A DNA stretch of 29,331 bases from a virus. Its lineage: Duplodnaviria > Caudoviricetes. The number at the start of each line of letters is the position of its first letter. Position 1 is the stretch's first letter. The notes beneath the pieces were generated by a model that did no database searches, was not told where the DNA came from, and saw only the letters and a program-made list of their open reading frames with translations. The stretch covers positions 1-29,331 of the IMG/VR virus record IMGVR_UViG_3300033076_001112, one strand, 5' to 3'. Shown one piece after another: positions 26,027 through 29,331 of this stretch. The translations under genes and the position numbers were made by a program.

Positions 26027-27907
26027 CTATTCACCATAAAAACTTGCCGTTAGTTTTTTATCCTCTTCCGATATTTTGTAATCAACATCGTTTTTTTCCG
26101 AATAATTAACATAGAGGTGGTTTTTGTTGAGGATTTGGCAAAGGATTTTTTTCTGTTCCGCAAGCTCAAGATTGGCAAATTCCGCTCGGTCAAATTTTAA
26201 CTGTTCAAAATCATAGCGCAGGAAATACTCCCGCTCTTTTTGCATCTGTGCGTAAATTGTGAGCAACTCCGCTGTGTCTTTTGCGTCTTTTATTTTGTTG
26301 ATAAATTCTTCGTTCCACTCTTTAAGCTCTAGGTAAACAAACGAACCGCCACCCTGCCAATTAACAGCTTTGGATATTCCGCCTTGTTCACCCGCCACCA
26401 CTTTTTTAAGGCGGGCTTCGGGCAGGTCTTGAATATAATTCATTTGCTCAATCGCAATCCACCGCCTACCCATCTTATGAGCAACCGAAGGGGCAGTGCC
26501 ACTACCTGCAAAGAAATCAAGAACAATGTCGTTAGGTTTTGTTGCAAGGTTTATGATTCTTTCAATCAATTTTTCAGGTTTTGGAGTTGCAAAAATATCC
26601 GCAAATCCCAAAGATTTTATTTCTTTTTTAGCATCTTGATTGTGTCCTACCTCTTGGTAAGTCCAGATGGTCATTGAGGTTATTCCGTCTTTTACTTCGG
26701 ACAAAAATTGTTTTATAGATGGAACATTATTACCAGTTTCTCCAAACCATATTCTGTTATCTTTTATCAATCCTTCAAGTTTTTCTTTACCAAATACCCA
26801 GCTTCTCCCTTTTGGTGGCATTACAATTCTGCCAGTTGGGGTTGTAATTGGATATATGTCTTTCTCTGTTACTCTTTTTACCGATAAATCCCCAGACTTC
26901 CAATCACCTCTTGGGTCATTATCAGGGTTAGAATATCTTTCGTTCATCTCTTCTGTGCGTGGCAATAAATTTGGTCGCCATTTTTCTTTGTTTTTTGCTG
27001 AAACTAAAATATGGTCGTGATTATCGCTAAACCATTTTGCGTCATTTTGTGGAGAATATTTTTTCTGCCATACAACATTAGCTACAAAGTTTTCTTTACC
27101 AAAAATCTCATCCATCAAAATTTTGCAATAATGAGCTTCGCCATCATCAAGATTTACAAAAATAACACCATCCTCCGCCAGTAGCTCCCTCGCCACTTCT
27201 AGGCGGTTTTTCATAAAGGTTAGCCAAGTGGAGTGATTAAACGAATCATTATAGCGAAAGCCGTCATTGCCTGTGTTATAGGGCGGGTCAATATAGATGA
27301 GTTTTACCTTGCCCGCATAGCGAGCTTTAAGGCAGTGCAGGGCGATTAAGTTATTACCTTTAATCAGCAAATTATCATTTTCTGTTATTTTTTGCCGTTT
27401 TTTTGCTTTATCCGCTGCTACCGCCTCCGCATCCCAAAATTCAAAATTGGTGAGAACTTTTTTATCCAGTAAGCGGTTTATTTCGTTTGGTGCTAGGGTT
27501 TCATTATAAAAAATCTCGGCAACATTCCCGCTTATATCTTCTTTGGTCATCCCCCCTTCAAGCACGCAATCCTTATACGCCCACGAAAGCACAACATCAT
27601 TGGAATTTTTGATAAATTTACCATCAACATTTAAGCCGATTTTATTCTTAAACGCCGTGTAGCTATCAGGCAAAAAGGCTTTGTTGGAAACAAACTCTTG
27701 AAACTTCACCTTGTCAAAAACCGCCACCCCATCCACCACCACAAAAAAAGCGTCCTTAATATCGCCATTTTTGAGTAGTAATTTAAGCAAGCAAGGCTCT
27801 AACCTCAAAGCATCTTCCACCACCTTGTTTTTGTTCACTTCACCATCAATAAGATATTTCGGCTCGGCGGTGAGTAAGGCTTTCAGGTCTTCCAACAGAT
27901 TTTGCAT
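26027..27907 (-). CDS. mod: Type III R-M DNA adenine methyltransferase Mod
   Basis: IYIDPPYNTG (motif IV) precedes DFFAGSGT (motif I), beta class; FLPDSYTAFKNKIGL type III N-terminus. Confidence 0.93.
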   Translation of the reverse strand: MQNLLEDLKALLTAEPKYLIDGEVNKNKVVEDALRLEPCLLKLLLKNGDIKDAFFVVVDGVAVFDKVKFQEFVSNKAFLPDSYTAFKNKIGLNVDGKFIKNSNDVVLSWAYKDCVLEGGMTKEDISGNVAEIFYNETLAPNEINRLLDKKVLTNFEFWDAEAVAADKAKKRQKITENDNLLIKGNNLIALHCLKARYAGKVKLIYIDPPYNTGNDGFRYNDSFNHSTWLTFMKNRLEVARELLAEDGVIFVNLDDGEAHYCKILMDEIFGKENFVANVVWQKKYSPQNDAKWFSDNHDHILVSAKNKEKWRPNLLPRTEEMNERYSNPDNDPRGDWKSGDLSVKRVTEKDIYPITTPTGRIVMPPKGRSWVFGKEKLEGLIKDNRIWFGETGNNVPSIKQFLSEVKDGITSMTIWTYQEVGHNQDAKKEIKSLGFADIFATPKPEKLIERIINLATKPNDIVLDFFAGSGTAPSVAHKMGRRWIAIEQMNYIQDLPEARLKKVVAGEQGGISKAVNWQGGGSFVYLELKEWNEEFINKIKDAKDTAELLTIYAQMQKEREYFLRYDFEQLKFDRAEFANLELAEQKKILCQILNKNHLYVNYSEKNDVDYKISEEDKKLTASFYGE

Positions 27908-28011
27908 TGCGATTTTTCCTACATGAATTGATGCTTACCTAATTTAGTTATTAGAATAATTATTTCTCTAACGCAACAAACCATAAGTTGTATTTCGGTT
28001 AATGAAAATCA

Positions 28012-29058
28012 TCACTCCAACCTTATATTTTTCATTTTTTCGGCTTGCGTAGCGAGATAGTCGCCTCCGTAAGTGCGGATTATTTCCGCCATTTGGTTTT
28101 TGTGTCCAAAGTTTTCGGACAAGGCAATAAGCACATCAGGGCTTGCACCATCTTTTCGGACTTTCCTTGCGATACTGTGGCGGAAAGTGTGAGGTTTGTG
28201 ATAGGGCAAGCCGTTATTTTTGAACGCTGATTTTACAATATCACGAATTTGACTATCCGCTTTTATATAGTCTTTGGTTAGCACTGTAATAGCTTCACCG
28301 CTTGGCGTAAAACTTGGCGTTATTTTCGGGAAAAGATAATCTTTATCACCAAAACCTTTGGCAATCAGATATTCCCGCCATCTTGTGATATTTTCTGCAA
28401 TATCTTGAGAATTTCCTACAAAAAAGGTGGTAATGTTTTTTGCAAACTTGGTGTTTTGCAGGCGAGGGTCTTGCATAAAAGCCCAAGCGTCATAATCTTT
28501 GAAATACTTGACGCTTTTTATTCTCGCCTCTTGTAATGAAGAAATGCGGGGGCTGGTGAGCAAAAATAAGCTCATAATCGCTTTATTCCGCATTTCAATT
28601 TCGCTTACGGCAGGCATTTTGCGGATAGTTGCTAAAATATCTGCCACATCGTGACTTTCTTGGTAGCCTGTGGCTTTTGCTCGGTTTTTATCATTTCTGC
28701 TAACGCTCAAAAACTCAACATCCAATAGTTTGATTTTTGAGTAATCCTTTTGATTCGCAACAAGCCACTCAAAGAATTGACGCACGAAATCTATGTAGTG
28801 GTAGTATAGGCTCTTTGAGATATTTTCGCCTGTGCGTTTGTTTAGTTTATCGTTTAGGTGGTTTTTGAAGGCAATCGCCCAGTCGCTATCATATTTGAGG
28901 AAATCCTTAAAACCAGTTGCCAGCTCAAACTCGTGAATCGCTGAAACATACATCTTTATGGTTTTTGGGTCTTTGCCGTCTTTGTGTTCAAGTCTTTGAA
29001 AAAACTTGTATTTCACAATTTCGTTAGCGTCATTATATCTAATGTCTATTTTGCTCAT
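28012..29058 (-). CDS. Tyrosine recombinase/integrase
   Basis: Candidate catalytic set R171, K204, H290-x-x-R293, H319, Y330. Confidence 0.9.
   Translation of the reverse strand: MSKIDIRYNDANEIVKYKFFQRLEHKDGKDPKTIKMYVSAIHEFELATGFKDFLKYDSDWAIAFKNHLNDKLNKRTGENISKSLYYHYIDFVRQFFEWLVANQKDYSKIKLLDVEFLSVSRNDKNRAKATGYQESHDVADILATIRKMPAVSEIEMRNKAIMSLFLLTSPRISSLQEARIKSVKYFKDYDAWAFMQDPRLQNTKFAKNITTFFVGNSQDIAENITRWREYLIAKGFGDKDYLFPKITPSFTPSGEAITVLTKDYIKADSQIRDIVKSAFKNNGLPYHKPHTFRHSIARKVRKDGASPDVLIALSENFGHKNQMAEIIRTYGGDYLATQAEKMKNIRLE
28562..28797. repeat. 236-bp repeat, source copy inside recombinase gene
   Basis: Identical to 25527-25762. Confidence 0.95.
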
Positions 29059-29084
29059 AGTATGAAAAAAGGTCTAATTGTTGG

Positions 29085-29245
29085 TTTATGTGAGTGTTGC
29101 TTGTGCTATCGCTGTTTGTTTTGCGTTTTATGTGAGCCTTGCTTGGGGAAGCGTTGCTTTTTGTGCGATTGTTTGGTGGCTTGTTTTGAAGTGGCTCACT
29201 TATAGCGATTTTTGGGGTATTATTTATGTGAGTGTTGCTAGTGCT
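29085..29245. repeat. Repeated TTTATGTGAG-core motif upstream of recombinase (3 direct, 1 inverted)
   Basis: Direct copies at 29085-29107, 29127-29144 and 29223-29245; inverted copy at 29193-29204. Confidence 0.8.
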
Positions 29246-29331
29246 GCATGAGCTATCAGATATTATCCTAAAGGGTTAGCTTTTATATTGTTTTTCTCTA
29301 TCTTCAGCTACTTTATCCCAGCCGAGCGCGT

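Noticed and set aside
25891-26109. Plus-strand 72-aa ORF
   Set aside because: Chance frame through the palindromic element, antisense to mod and res
25527-28797. 236-bp repeats as attL/attR or transposon ends
   Set aside because: The repeat is an internal coding part of the recombinase and does not flank the phage
28984-29205. Cys-rich 73-aa ORF resembling a metal-binding peptide
   Set aside because: Cys/Leu/Val content follows from the TG-rich skew and repeats; overlaps the recombinase start antisense and has no clear RBS

Overview
Bases ~57-25,530 are a large fragment of a P22-like podovirus genome, tentatively from an alphaproteobacterial host. A rightward cluster of small early genes (57-3658) converges on a long leftward late region. 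Read right to left, that region encodes terS, terL, portal, scaffold, coat, a possible decoration protein, gp4- and gp10-like tail proteins, three ejection proteins, three tail fibre/spike proteins and a lysis cassette (M15 endolysin, 3-TM holin). It is preceded by a divergent promoter region with two Cro-like HTH genes. No phage replication genes are recognisable. Both ends of the phage segment cut through genes. The right ~3.8 kb is an unrelated-looking island carrying a tyrosine recombinase, a type III R-M Mod gene, a REP-like palindrome doublet and only the first 55 codons of Res. It is joined to the phage through an exact 236-bp copy of the recombinase interior, most likely an amplification or assembly chimera. 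The most unusual element is at the left end: a possible Sm/Hfq-fold gene followed by a Ser-X (SR/SM/SW) dipeptide-repeat mini-gene built from 21 AGCNNG hexamers and bracketed by a perfect 26-bp direct repeat. All family assignments come from motif recognition by eye, not database searches.
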